DNA of 64,000 nt from assembly GCA_964016885.1 (NCBI GenBank), contig OZ024743.1, positions 162,192,001 to 162,256,000 of the forward strand, written 5' to 3'. Under the pieces are notes generated by a model, which did not search any database, was not told the DNA's origin, and worked only from the letters and a program-made list of their open reading frames with translations. Position numbers and translations under genes: made by a program. Of the stretch, positions 51,901 through 64,000 are shown one piece after another. The first letter of the stretch is position 1. Each line of letters starts with the position of its first letter. This stretch comes from Eledone cirrhosa. Its lineage: Eukaryota.

Positions 51901-54420
51901 TGTTCCGCTGCGATTAGTCCCCGTCCACAGTGGCACAGTCGGAAAATCTAGTCGATATCTATCGGCCAGGTCAAATCGGCCGATTAACTGTTTGAGGATG
52001 TTACACCCCCCTTTATTGGGACATGCTCCCACATAGTCCCAACGTGCATCTAGGAATCCATTCCAGTCCCCCACTAAAAGCAAGGAGCAGGACGTTCCCA
52101 GAAAAGTCTCTAGACGTTTGAAGAAGTCTGGCCGTGGTGTCCCGGATGGGGCATATGCGGCCACCAGCCTGAAGGCTCCACCTTCACTACCGTCAACGTC
52201 TAGGACCACCAGTCGACCCCCCGGGTCCAGATGTACCGTCTGTGTTACGAGGCCCAGGTGTTTCCGCAGCAAAACGGCAACCTCGCCCCCTCTCCCCCGG
52301 CCGACAGAGAGATGCGTAGATCTCAAAGTCATCGAAGATGGGGGCCAGCTGTCGCTCGCTGTGGATCCTGGACTCGCAAATGGCTACTACATCCATACTG
52401 TGCGACCTGAGGTCGTTTAAGAGTTTGCCCTGTTTCCAGGGCATCCCCAGGCCGCGTACATTCACACACCTAACTCTTATATTGGCCATGTTGGTTCTGA
52501 AAAGTTAAAAGAGAAGAAAACACTCACCTCTTCGTCTCCCGGGGATCAGGCCGCACGGTTTCCATGGGGGTGTTAGAGGAGTTGTCTGGGTGGGTGGTAG
52601 TTTCCGGCGGGGTGGGGACGGAGATGTTTGGTGGGGTGGAGTGTCTGGGGTGAGGGTGGGGAAACTTTTTAAAAGGACGCGGTTAATGGGTTTAACACAA
52701 GGATTACCCACGTCCTTAGGAAAGTTTTCCTTTAAAGACTTATAGGTGTCCGTAGGGACCCTAATCATCTTTAAATTAGGTTTGTCTACACAGTTCGAAA
52801 AAGTTTTCCCTTCGGTTTTCACCGAAGGGTCGTTGGAGATGACCTCCATTAAAGTTTTGTTTTTACTGTTTATGTATGTGTAATGTTCTTGTTGTGTTGC
52901 GGTGGTTTTTGTCTGTTGTTCTTGTGGGAGCTTTCGTTTTGTTGTAGGTGTTTGTGTTTGGAGTGATGTCGTGGTTTTGTTTTCGGGACGGGGGGTTTTT
53001 GTTTGTAATGTTTGTGTTTGTGTTGGTGGTTGCATGTTTGTAATGATGTTTGTTGTTTTTTTGTTCTTGTGGTGTCTTTTCTTCTTTCTTTTCGAACGGA
53101 GAGGCTCTCCCTCATCATCACTTGGTGATATGTGGGGGCCTCGTCCGTTGTGGTGTCTGTGTTATTTGGAAGGGGTATGTTTTGGGGAGCTGTTGTGTTT
53201 GTGGGTGTTTTTGCAGTGGTTTTAGGTGTAGTGGGGTTGGGTGGGACTGTGCTTACAGTTGGTTTGTTGTTCTTGTTTTGGTTGTGTTTGCGTGTTGTTG
53301 TTGTTGTGGTGGTGGTGGTGGTTGTGTTGTTGTTTTGGGTGTTGGCAGTAGTGCCTCTTTTTTTTTTAGTTAACTGAGGACAGTAAGCCTTCAGGTGACC
53401 ACTGCTTAAAAAGTGGTAACATGAAGGCCGCCTACCCTCAACAGAAATGTTTATGTATGAAATTCCATCCAGAGGCACAAGTTGGCGTATTTTAGCTATC
53501 CGTTCTGACCTCATTTGGACCAGAACTTCCATGCTTGTACCATTGAATGTGCCTCTGGAGGACTTTCCCACCGAAATGATGGTGTCGTCGTCGAAATCGA
53601 TGAAGCCAGTTAGAATCCACCAGACGTTTACATTTGGTGCAATGTTCAAAATTTTTATTTTTTTAGTTCTGTTTCCCATATATGTGGGGGAAAAGGTGTA
53701 AAGGGGGGACACAATCGGCGATACAGAATATTTTTGTGCTGTCAATTGGTCTTTCAACAACACCGAATGCTTCCAAAAAGTTTCCATTTTTGGATGAAGG
53801 CAATATCCTTCATGGAATTCTTCAGAACCAGTTCAATATCGTTTTGGGATAACTGAACTGGTTTTTTCGACACATTTGAAACCGTCCTAAAAATTACTGT
53901 TTTTAGAACAGTTTCTCTGCGTAACTGTTGAGGAGAAGTGATGCTGAAAGCACCACTCTCACCAAAAGTTACGTACTGTTTTGCATCGCTTAACATTTCC
54001 CTAGAATTGGAAATGTCAAGGTATGTGAACAGTTCCGTCTTTTGGACGGTTTGAGCAAAAGAAATCTTTTCCTTGTTCGTAGAGTTGTTCGTGTTGCTGT
54101 TGTTGTTGGTGGTGTTGTTGTTATCATTGTTGTTGGTGGTGGTGTTGTTGTTATCATTGTTGCTGTTGTTGTTCTTGTTGTCATTATTGTTGTTGTTGTT
54201 CTGGTTGGTGTTGTTTATGTTGTGCATGTTATTGGTGTTTGTGTTAGTATTGATGTTACAATCAACGTCCGACATCGTGTTTTCAAAACTGACGACATTT
54301 TCGATGTCTTTCAATGAGGTGGTGAGAGGAGGTGATAGATACAAAATTATAGGTGTATTACAACCTTTTATTGTTTTTATTTGTTCTATATATCGTGATT
54401 TATACAGATTCTTTTAATGT
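48940..54420 (-). mobile_element. Near full-length L1-Tx1 clade retrotransposon (ORF1 + APE/RT ORF2), multiple frameshifts
   Basis: ORF1 spans ~54344-52505 with a poly-Asn tract and a degenerate knuckle CYHFLSSGHLKAYC. ORF2 starts at 52489 and contains CVNVRGL, GDWN, YLDRVL, SDHKLV, GPGYWKLN, KSPGLDGL, NFRPITLLN, LDQSKAFDRV, IRQGCPLS, YVDDVT, GGLGMP and CPRC..ETVAHAFIHC. It ends in AATAAA plus a (TATC)n tail. Confidence 0.93.
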
Positions 54421-54459
54421 TCTAAACTTGTAATTTTTTCACTAGATATAAATATATAA

Positions 54460-54575
<116 letters not shown>

Positions 54576-54663
54576 TCTGCACGGTTGATCAGCTGGCTAG
54601 AAGTAACAACCTGTCGAATGCTGAAAAGTTTACACAAGAAAGCTACATTAGGAGCGATAGATA

Positions 54664-54791
54664 TATGAATCGAACGAACCTCGTTTTTTGATCGACTAAT
54701 TACATGTTGTTAGTGCAAGTATTATTACAATTAAGTATAAACATTATTAACAACACATAATTAGTCGATCAAAGATAAGGTTCGATTCATA
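54664..54791. repeat. ~130-bp imperfect hairpin (palindromic MITE-like)
   Basis: tatgaatcgaac...tttgatcgactaatta..tgttgtta versus taacaaca..taattagtcgatcaaa...gttcgattcata. Confidence 0.75.
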
Positions 54792-54917
54792 AAAAGAGGA
54801 CCGGGTTATCACGGTTGAAACAACTTTGATTAGGTGTCAAAACAATGAGGGTCGATTTGGCGCTACACAACATTAACACAACTTAAACCCTCACTTAACA
54901 AATTTTGTGTACCACTT

Positions 54918-55048
54918 CTCATGATATTTCATTTCCTATGATATATCAAGATATCTTACGATATTTGAAGGTATCTTATATTTCAAAATATCTCATGATA
55001 TTTCAAGTTATCTCATAAAATTACGTGATATCTCGCATCTCACGATGA
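54918..55048. repeat. Degenerate ~10-bp minisatellite (ATGATATTTC/AAGATATCTC)
   Basis: Repeated gatat(c/t)t motifs at roughly 10-bp spacing. Confidence 0.55.
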
Positions 55049-55941
55049 CTACACATATGCAACATCGCTAGAATGTACTTAAGACTGTAACTGCCGAATC
55101 TAATCTGACTGGAGTACTGTTTTCATATCTGGAAGATTGTTTGCAGCACACACCTAGATATTTAGGATTTTATAAAGAAAAGGTTACCGTCGTAATAAAG
55201 AAATCTTTGTTTCTTCTGCAGTTACTATTACACCTAACTGTAAAACGGTACAAAACGTCTCGGAGTATTAGTACAGGTGTTGCTAATTGTAAACAAATTT
55301 AGTATCTAAATCTTGCTATAAATACTCCAAACTGTATACGGCCACTAAATCTCCTTTATATTGCCTCCTACCTTTTTAAAATACAAGAAGTACACATTAT
55401 ATAATGTGGTTTTAGATATACATGTATGAACCTATAACTCCTGAAGCTACGATCCATATATGGGGGCGCCGTAAACCTGTCAGAGCTTATCTTTTCTCCA
55501 GGTCTAAACACTATATCGGAAAAAGAACAATCTGTTTGGTTATTGCTTGAATGATGTTGATCATAAGTCTAGTCGATCAGGGCTAGTTTGGGGTTTTACA
55601 TGAAAACCATGTGCCATTTAATGTTTAGTCTTAAACTGTTGGTACAATACAATTTAGCTGTTATTTATAGCAAGACACGTGACCACATAGACAATCCCTT
55701 GTTAGCAGAGGGTCTCGGTTGTTGTTGAATGTCTTAAACATAGTCTTAGTAATATGGAGCCAGTGACAGGCGGAGGATTGGCAGTTATTCATTTCGGGTC
55801 CCTGCGCTCCCATTGAAGCCAACTAGAGTTCAATAAATAAAGTACCATTCTAGTACCGGGGCGATACTTCCCTCTCCCCCCCCTCTCTCTCTCTCAATAT
55901 ATATAGATAGATAGATAGATAGATAGAGAGAGAGATAGATA

Positions 55942-56198
55942 GATATGTTTCTTTATTAGCCACAGGGGCACAAAAGAAGGGGACAAATACAAAGGGGGAA
56001 GTTTACATACAATAAAAACGTGTAAAATATTATCACAAATGCAATTTAAAAAGTTAGTCGATTTTCCCCAATAGGGGGAGACAGTTTATATGGGTAACAC
56101 ATACCCCCGAAAAAATGTGCAACCCTCAGCTCCAGGAGTACGAAGAGTTTGTACTCCTTTCCTCTCCTCCTCCTTTTCCTCAACCTACAGGCTGATAT
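55942..56198 (-). mobile_element. ~260-bp 3' end of the L1-Tx1 subfamily seen at 48940
   Basis: Nearly identical to 48940-49196. It is bounded by (GATA)n on both sides. Confidence 0.9.
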
Positions 56199-56213
56199 AG
56201 ATAGATAGATAGA

Positions 56214-58651
56214 TTTCTTTATTAGCCACAAGGGCGCAACAAGAAAGGGGACAATACAAAGACATGCCGGGGATTTTACATACAGTCGTGTAAAAAATAT
56301 AAAAACAAACAATTTCAACAATCGAAATCCCCAATAGGGGGGAGGCGCCACAAATGGGTTGTTTAATACCCCGTCGATAGAACAACCCTCAACTCAAGGA
56401 GCGTGTTGTGCAAGTGCTCCTTTCTTCCTTTTGCTCTCTTCCTCAACCTACAGGCTTATAAACAGAGAAGGCCCAATCACTTGGGCCATTTTCGCTTCAT
56501 TCACCCACCTTTCAGTAAATTTACTGGGGTGCAGTGCCTCTCTCTCCACCCTGATTCTCCTTCTAAAGTGATACTTAAAGAAGGGAATCAATTGTTGTCC
56601 GGAGAGAAAGGCATCTGTCCTCAGTCCTCTCAACCTCGTCCACCATATAACTTCTTTCACCATAGCCACCGTACAGAGGAAAACCGCCTCTCTTTCGTTT
56701 TTGAAAGAGTCTGGCGGTTTGATCCTTACTATGGACTCGGCAGTCAACTGTATTTGTCCCATACGCGACAGCAGTTGTTCTGCATAGTTCCACAGGTCGC
56801 TTACGCCCGGGCAGTGTACAATTGCGTGCAGAACTGTTTCAATGTCCTGCGCACATCTTGGACACGTCCTCTTGGAAGGATCCCTGCCAGGGCGTCCGTG
56901 CCTGTAGATCTTGTCACGAACCGGTAGAGCTCCTCGGTAGCACTGCCAGGCCAGGGACCTCTGGAAGTTGTCCATAGGTCCCGGGCGGAAAGTCCTACCA
57001 AACATACTGGTGAGCTCATCGTCTTCGACGCCCAGAGTCTCTCCGAGCACGTCGTCGCCCTTGTAACGTTCAATCCCTCTATAGAATGTCGAAGTGGAGT
57101 CTCCACTGATTGCTGCGCCCGCTTGCCAGAGGACTGTGAGCGCCTGAGCGCATTCAATGTGCCAGGCGCCCATCGTTTTCGGTCTTTTCTTCACCCAGGA
57201 CTGCAGCTCCGTTAGCGAGACGAGCTGTGGGAAAGCCTGTCTCACAAACGGTGCCCACACCGGTTGGGGTCGGTGAGGAATACCTGGAGATGCCGCAGCC
57301 TCAGCGCATGTTTGCGCATCATCAGCCACGGCATTCCCAGCCCTCCGTTGGAAGGGTGCTGACAGCAGACGGATCTCCTCACCAGCGGAGCCTGCTTCTT
57401 CCACAGAAACTGGAAGAGCATGCGTTCCATCTTGGCGAGGTGTTCACGGGGACAAGGCACGACAGTCAAGCGGTAGTAGATGACGGACGCTATGAAAGTG
57501 TTCGCCGCCTCCGCTCGACCTTTCAAGGACAGTTTGCACTCTGCCCACTTCTGAGTGAGTGCAAACACCTTGGCCGTGACCTCGTTCCAGTTTTTCTCCA
57601 CCTGGAGGTCTGGACCGAACCAGACCCCGAGCAATTTCACCGGTCCGTCCGTCCAGCGTCCAACGACGCTGTCGGATGTCATCGGTTTGCCTCTCCACGT
57701 ACCGAGTTGCAAACCGACAGACTTGTCTGAGTTTAGTTTTGCTCCCGTCAGCGTTTCGTATTCTTTCAGTATGTTGCCGATCACCCCGATTTCCGAGGTG
57801 CTCGACACCATTACTGTCACGTCGTCGGCATAAGCCGACGCCGCTTTGCGCAGTCCCGGTTCTAGGGGGATGCCCTGCAACAGCTCCAATTTCCGCAGTA
57901 GTGGCTCTAGAGTCAATACATACAGAATGGAGGAGAGAAGGCATCCCTGTCGAATGGAACGCGTGATTGCGAACGGCTCCGATAGGTAGCCGTTCACCTT
58001 GACCCTCGAGCAGATGCATCGCCTCGATCCATCCTCTGAACACGGGACCGAAACCGGCCGCCTTGAGAACCGCTTCCAAGTATCGATGGTCGACCCTATC
58101 GAATGCCTTAGACTGATCCAAGTTGATCAGAGCCCCACCGAAGCCGGGTTTACTACCCACCCTCTCTATGATGTATCGCATGAGGTGGAGGTTGTCGTGT
58201 ATGGACCTGGTCGGGATTGCACACGTTTGCGCTTTCCCTACCAGGTTCTCGACGACAAGCGCCAACCTCATCGCTAGCACCTTGGCCAAAATCTTTAACT
58301 CTGTGTTGAGCAGAGTTATGGGCCTGAAGTTGTTAATTTCGTCCCCCTTGTTCTCGTCTTTCCTGATCAGCGTTACTACGCCCTTGCCTGCAGAACTGGG
58401 AATTCTCCCGTTCTGCTGCCAATTGCAGTAGACGGCTTCGAGGACGCCAGAGAACAAGTCCGGCATGCCTATGTAAAATTCGTAGGGTAGACCATCTAGA
58501 CCGGGTGACTTGCGTTTCCCGCAGCGGCCCAGAGCAAATTATTGATTTAAATATTTACTTCACGTATAATGAATAGAGGCAATATATTTTTTACTTTCTT
58601 TACCAGAGATGTTAAGATCAAAGAGTCATGGAGAGAGAGATAGGGAGAGAG

Positions 58652-58720
<69 letters not shown>

Positions 58721-59146
58721 TGGAAAGAACACTTTGCGGCCTCAGTGTCCGTGATCGGTCTTTCGCAGATCTCGGCGTCCGTGTTCGAGAGACGCGGCAG
58801 GCCGTCGAGGTATGAAATAAAGTCCATTGCCCCGTTCGGCTCACCGTCGTTCTGCTCAAACAGTCGCGCAAAGTGCCGCTGAAAGGCCGCGCACATTTGC
58901 TTGGGGTCAAGTAGCACGCGTCCGTTTTGGTCTTTCAAAGACCGAATCGTGGACTTGTTGCCACTTTTTGCCTCCGCCACTCGGGCCCAGCTGACAGCTT
59001 TCGCTCCTTCGTTTCCTAGAGCACGTGTTTTGCTTCTGACCACGCAGCCTTCGTGTTTCGCATCGAAGAACTGGTCCAGTGCCGTTCTCGACGCTAACAC
59101 TCTAGCCGCGTTGCCACTTCTAAGTGCCTCCTCTACCTTGGCTACT
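56214..59146 (-). mobile_element. 5'-truncated L1-Tx1 copy (second subfamily), interrupted at 58536-58731
   Basis: ORF2 RT and C-terminus are homologous to 49100-51560 (YADDVT, LDQSKAFDRV, CPRC..HAIVHC), but the 3' UTR differs. (GATA)n lies at both ends. Confidence 0.92.
58536..58731. repeat. Inverted copy of 59591-59746 inserted in the Tx1 ORF2
   Basis: Reverse complement of the downstream flank, apart from a longer (GA)n tract. The Tx1 sequence resumes colinearly afterwards. Confidence 0.92.
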
Positions 59147-59186
<40 letters not shown>

Positions 59187-59221
59187 TGTGTGTGTGTGTG
59201 TGTATGCATGTGTGTATGTGT

Positions 59222-59308
<87 letters not shown>

Positions 59309-59814
59309 TGTATGTGTGTGTGTGTTCTTGTGTGTGTGTGTTCTTGTGTGTGTGTGTGGTAAGAAGCTCTCAGGAGAGTTGGACCACAGGTGGTCTTCAG
59401 AAAAGAAACCCTCCTCATGCAAGTGTTTTGGCCATCAGCTGTCGTCTGAAGAGAGATGGGCGCCGCTAAGCTTTTTAAATGTTCAAGATGGCGCCTCTAC
59501 GACACCCTTTGGTTTTATGGAATTAGTTGCCAGTGCTAGTGACAAGATACAAACTTTCGACTGCTCTCTCTTTCTCTCCCACCACATCTTTGTTCTTTCC
59601 ATTTTCCTCTCTCTCTCTATCTATCTATCTCTCTCTCCCTATCTCTCTCTCCATGACTCTTTGATCTTAACATCTCTGGTAAAGAAAGTAAAAAATATAT
59701 TGCCTCTATTCATTATACGTGAAGTAAATATTTAAATCAATAATTTGCATTATGAAATTTTGTTAATATCATTCTCTAGTTACCATCTTGTTATATTTTA
59801 TTTGTATTATTTAT

Positions 59815-59995
59815 TGGATTGGCAGTATCGGTAGAGGGTCGGACGCCATGCTTTGACGTTACGACCCTTGCCATTCTGAGTTCAAATCCCGCCGAGGTTA
59901 ACTTTGTCTTTCATCCTTGCGGGGTTGATAAAATAAAGTACCAGTAATGCACTGAGATGATTGTTGGCCTTGTGCCAAAAGTAGAAACAATTATT
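59815..59995 (+). mobile_element. tRNA-derived SINE
   Basis: tggattggcagtatcggtagagggtcgg...gagttcaaatcccgccgagg...gtgccaaaagtagaaacaatt. Confidence 0.9.
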
Positions 59996-60367
59996 TATCA
60001 CAGATATTAACAACTATACACTTTGCTACAAGCTATTTAGAATGCTGTAGAGATTTTGCCTTTATGTAAACTAAACAATCCACCCTTATCTGTTATTGAC
60101 GAGATAACAAACATTGCAGTAAACAGTTATATAAGTTTTTATTCACTTCGGTATTTATAAACAACGTCGACGTTGAAATGTCATTGCTCCTTAAGACGCC
60201 TTGATTTAAACCATGTCGTCATTTACGTGTATTTAACGGGCTGCTTATTTTCGCTTCTGTGATTAACTCAACACGAGAAAATAATAACACAGTAAAGATA
60301 TAAGAAAAAATGTGGAGATGAAGTTTGCAGATGTACACTTTAAACAGCTGGTAATTATCATAAATAG

Positions 60368-63153
60368 TGGGAGGGGGGACTTATGTGTTACGTGTGTGTT
60401 CCGTGTATGTTCCGTAAATCCGAAAAAGCGTTACCGTCTGGAGCTCTGCTCCTGGTAAGGCCACTCTAGGTTGGCCTATCTCCCGGGGAGGTTCCAGACC
60501 AACAGTGACCCGTCAAGATGGCAGCCCCATCATCCGATTATTCTGCGCAGGGCCAACAACCCGCCCAGAAGAACCATGAACCTGTTAATAAACCGACTAG
60601 AAGAAAGCAGACTGCCCAACATCCGAACCGACCCTGCATACCCATCACCAACGAGAAATTGATTTGCGTCACAAAGTACGTGTTGCCACATGGAATGTCT
60701 TGTCGCTCCTTCGCGCCGGAGCAGCCACCCTGCTCTCCCGAGAGCTATCACACTACATCACATTGGTGGGAGGCTGCGAGAGACGTTTGCCTGGCAGCGG
60801 GGGAGTCATCGCGGAAGACCATTGCCTCACCTGGAGTTGCCCTGAGGATAGGAGGGGCCTCTGTGGTGTGTCACTTGCCATGTCCAAGCGCGTCTGCAAG
60901 TCACTCAGCAGCCGGAACCCAGTGTTTGCTCTCCGCCCGTTTTCTCCACCGGCACAGGAAGATGACTATCATCGTTGCCTATTCCCCTACAGACGTTACA
61001 GAGGACACTGTCAAGGACGACTTCAACAACCAGCCTCAACAGGTCTTGGGACCTCACCCCATGACATCACGATCATCCTAACGGACGCCAACGCTACCAT
61101 CTCTTCTTCCACCAGGCTCATCTTAACCAACCCATTGCAGACACAGCCCATGGGTACAACCTTCGCCGACCCATCTACCAATAACAACGGTGCTCCTCTG
61201 CCATAACAACAATCTGTGTGTCGCCGACACCTGGTTTCCGCGCAAACTCATCCATCACTGGACCTGGTACAGTCCGGGCGGTTACAACCGGAAGGCAATC
61301 GACCACGTGATCATCTCCCATCGGTGGAAGTCGTTTGTCACCAACTGCCGGGTCTACAGAGGAGCTCAACTCGGCTATACGGGATAATGGTTGCGACACT
61401 GAGGCTGCAGTTGCGAGCGGACCCTGACACCAAGTACCAGCCCCGCCTCGTCTCCGCGATCCTAACATCGCCTCTACATTTGCATGCTCTATCGCCAATC
61501 GCTTCAGCATCTTGGCTGAAAACGAGACCGACATCTGGGAGATCTTTAAATCAAGCGTTAACCAGTCTGCACGTGACGTCCTGGTAAATTCAAGACCTCT
61601 TCCCAAACTGCCCTGGATTTCACCGCAGAAGCTGAGATGATTAACTGTCGCCGCAAGACTCGCCTGCGCGGCGCTATGAATGAGTACCGCCGGCTCAACC
61701 GGATACGCAACAAGGCCATCACAAATGACCGGGAGAAATTTGGGGCGGAAGAAGCCGAGCGCCTGGAGACAGTGGCAAGGAACAACATCTTCAACACACT
61801 CCGCAGATGCATCTCGCATCTCGCCATCCCAGGCAAGGTCTACACAAATATCCTCCTCAATCGTGCTTTTCCAGCCATCAGAAGCGGACGTCGCCCACCA
61901 CAAGCCGGATTTATGCCTAATAGATCCACCACTGACCACATTTCTGCCCTCCGCCTCATTATCGAAAGATCTTGGTAGTTCTGTAGAGATCGCTACCTCT
62001 ACATTACCTTCATCGATCTCAAGGCTGCTTTCGACACAGTCGTCCATACATCTCTCTGGAAAATTCTCCATCTTGTCGGCGCGTCTTCCAAGATCACCAC
62101 CCTGTTCCAACGGCTCTATAGCAGAGCCGAGAGCTGCGTGCAGGTGAACGAGAAGGACTTCGACTGGTTCCCCATTAACAGCGGGGTCAGACATGGCTGC
62201 GTGGCTGCCCTGACCTCTTCAACTGTGTCATCGACAATCTGATGACCAAGGTCTGTGAGCGAGTTTCCGGCGTTACCTTCAGGAATTACCACCTAACCGA
62301 CCTGTAGTACGCAGATGACGCCCTATTCAGCAACTCGATCAATCAGCTCAGAGACGCACCAGCCATATAACAGGAGGAATAAACAAAGCTTGGATTTCAG
62401 GTAAGCTGGGCGCGGAGGAAGCTGATACATGTCGGCAATGGCCTGGATCCTCCTCCGCTTTATATTGGCCCCGATGCCCTGGAGTTTGTTAGCTCCTTCA
62501 TTTATCTGGGCCCGACTGTCACCAGCAATGGAGACCTGACCCCAGAGATCAACCACAGATGTGGTCTGGCTGCCGGGGTCATGCACTCCCTATGGAAGCC
62601 CCTTTGGCACCACTGCTCAATCTTACAGAAGACGAAGCTCCGTATTTACAATATATCGGTCCTTTCCGTGCTCCTCTAAGGAGAAGAAACGTGACCCCTC
62701 ACAAAGACGCTGGCAAAGAGGATTGATACCTTCGATAGCAGAGTTCTGAGGACCATGGAAATCATCAGATAGGAGCACCACGTTTCCAACAAAGTATTGC
62801 GTGCACACATGCATCAGCCCACATCTTCTCGCCTCATCGCTATCCGTCGCATGCACTGGTACGGACATGTCCTCCGCTTTCCACCAGATCATCTTACCAT
62901 AGCCTTACTCTTGTTCGATGCAGTGACTGCAGGCTGGAAGACGCCCCGTGGCAGGCCCTGCATCAGATGGCTGGATATCATCAGGGAGGATGCAGAGGCT
63001 CGACATCACCTTGGAGGATGCAGAGGAGCTGGCACGGGACCGCCGCGATGGAGGGTGCTGGTAGACCTGGTTGGCTCTACGCACGACGAGGCTTTGGGAT
63101 CGCTGGCTTAGAATGACCCCGGTCTCATCGAGCAACAGCAAGAAGAAGAAAAA
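60368..63153 (+). mobile_element. Near full-length decayed RTE-clade LINE
   Basis: Contains VATWNVLSL, IIVAYSPT, TDANA, DTWFP..HWTWYSP..AIDHVI, QAGFMPNRSTTDHISALRLI, FIDLKAAFD, SGVRHGC, YADD, WYGHVLR and RGRP..RWLD. It ends in a (CAA/GAA) tail. Confidence 0.9.
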
Positions 63154-64000
63154 GTGGAAAACACGTGTTTAGATTAGTCAGTGTGTGATTGCATGGCTGT
63201 TGAGAAATCAACTGTGACAGACTGGCACAAAGTTCGGTATATGGGTAGATTAAATTTGTCTTGACTCTGTCAGTATTTCTCTTACCCTATGCCAAAACAA
63301 AATATAGTTTAGTATAATTACTTTGTGATTTGCCCCTTAAGTTACGGTTAGACTCTCTTCTTTCAAAAATCCTCAAAATAAAAAAAAAAATAGGGCTAAA
63401 TTGATTCTGAGATTTTTTTTCTCTCCGTACTTGCAACCAAAAACAAAATATTAGTTATCAACTCATAATGTATTTTTTACAACATATGTGGGCATAATTT
63501 GTTTGTTCAATATTCTAATGATTGAATATATTTTTTCTAACTAATTATACAGCAGATGACGTCAAACAAATTTCATGTACCAGTAATGCACTGTGATAAT
63601 TGCTGGCCTTGTGCCAAAAGTAGAAATAATTATTTCCTTTACTTTATTAGTACACTGGCAAACTACGGAGATGCTACACTTCTCTGAAAAGCTCTATAAC
63701 TGAAAAATATGACCACCAAAGTTGTCTTCTGTACTTATTTATAATAACATAGATATAAGCCATCTTTTGATATTAGTTTTCTCGTATTACTTAAATGAAT
63801 ACACTTTAACTGTTTAATATTCTTGAATATAATTTCGTCTACTGGCGTTTCTACCAATAGGTTAGACATAAGAATGTCTTACAACAGCAAAAGATCTCAG
63901 ATTTATAAAGGAAGAGAAACAAGGCTACGTGAAATTCATGCACTTTTCTAGGGCGTAGGTGAAGTAAGGGAAATGAAATATAACTGAGAATAGAAGTTGG

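Noticed and set aside
58536-59746. Foldback transposon with ~160-200-bp TIRs
   Set aside because: The interior is the colinear continuation of the interrupted Tx1 ORF and there is no TSD, so a templated insertion fits better.

Overview
Repeat-saturated, AT-rich eukaryotic DNA. It is most likely from an octopus; this is inferred from the dominant tRNA-derived SINE and the extreme microsatellite density. I see no convincing host protein-coding exon. The window holds a ~10.5-kb array of a 24-bp satellite (3072-13626) with an internal ~2.4-kb higher-order duplication. Decayed retrotransposons include a Penelope-like RT, three or four CRE-clade copies (one near full length with a PHD-like finger), a near full-length L1-Tx1 element plus two truncated Tx1 copies, and two RTE-type LINEs plus an RTE 3' end. 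DNA elements include three non-autonomous Helitrons, a hAT MITE with a perfect 8-bp TSD and three Tc1/mariner-type MITEs. Many SINEs are present. The main signal not visible in the ORF track is a set of type I hammerhead ribozyme motifs, found by hand folding. They sit in short, mutually unrelated cassettes bounded by (TA)n tracts; five lie in the first 2.6 kb and two show the U3-A8 core covariation. The second notable signal is that the Tx1 copies sit in (GATA)n microsatellites, suggesting a microsatellite-targeted Tx1 family. All structures and family calls come from manual reading and need computational or experimental confirmation.
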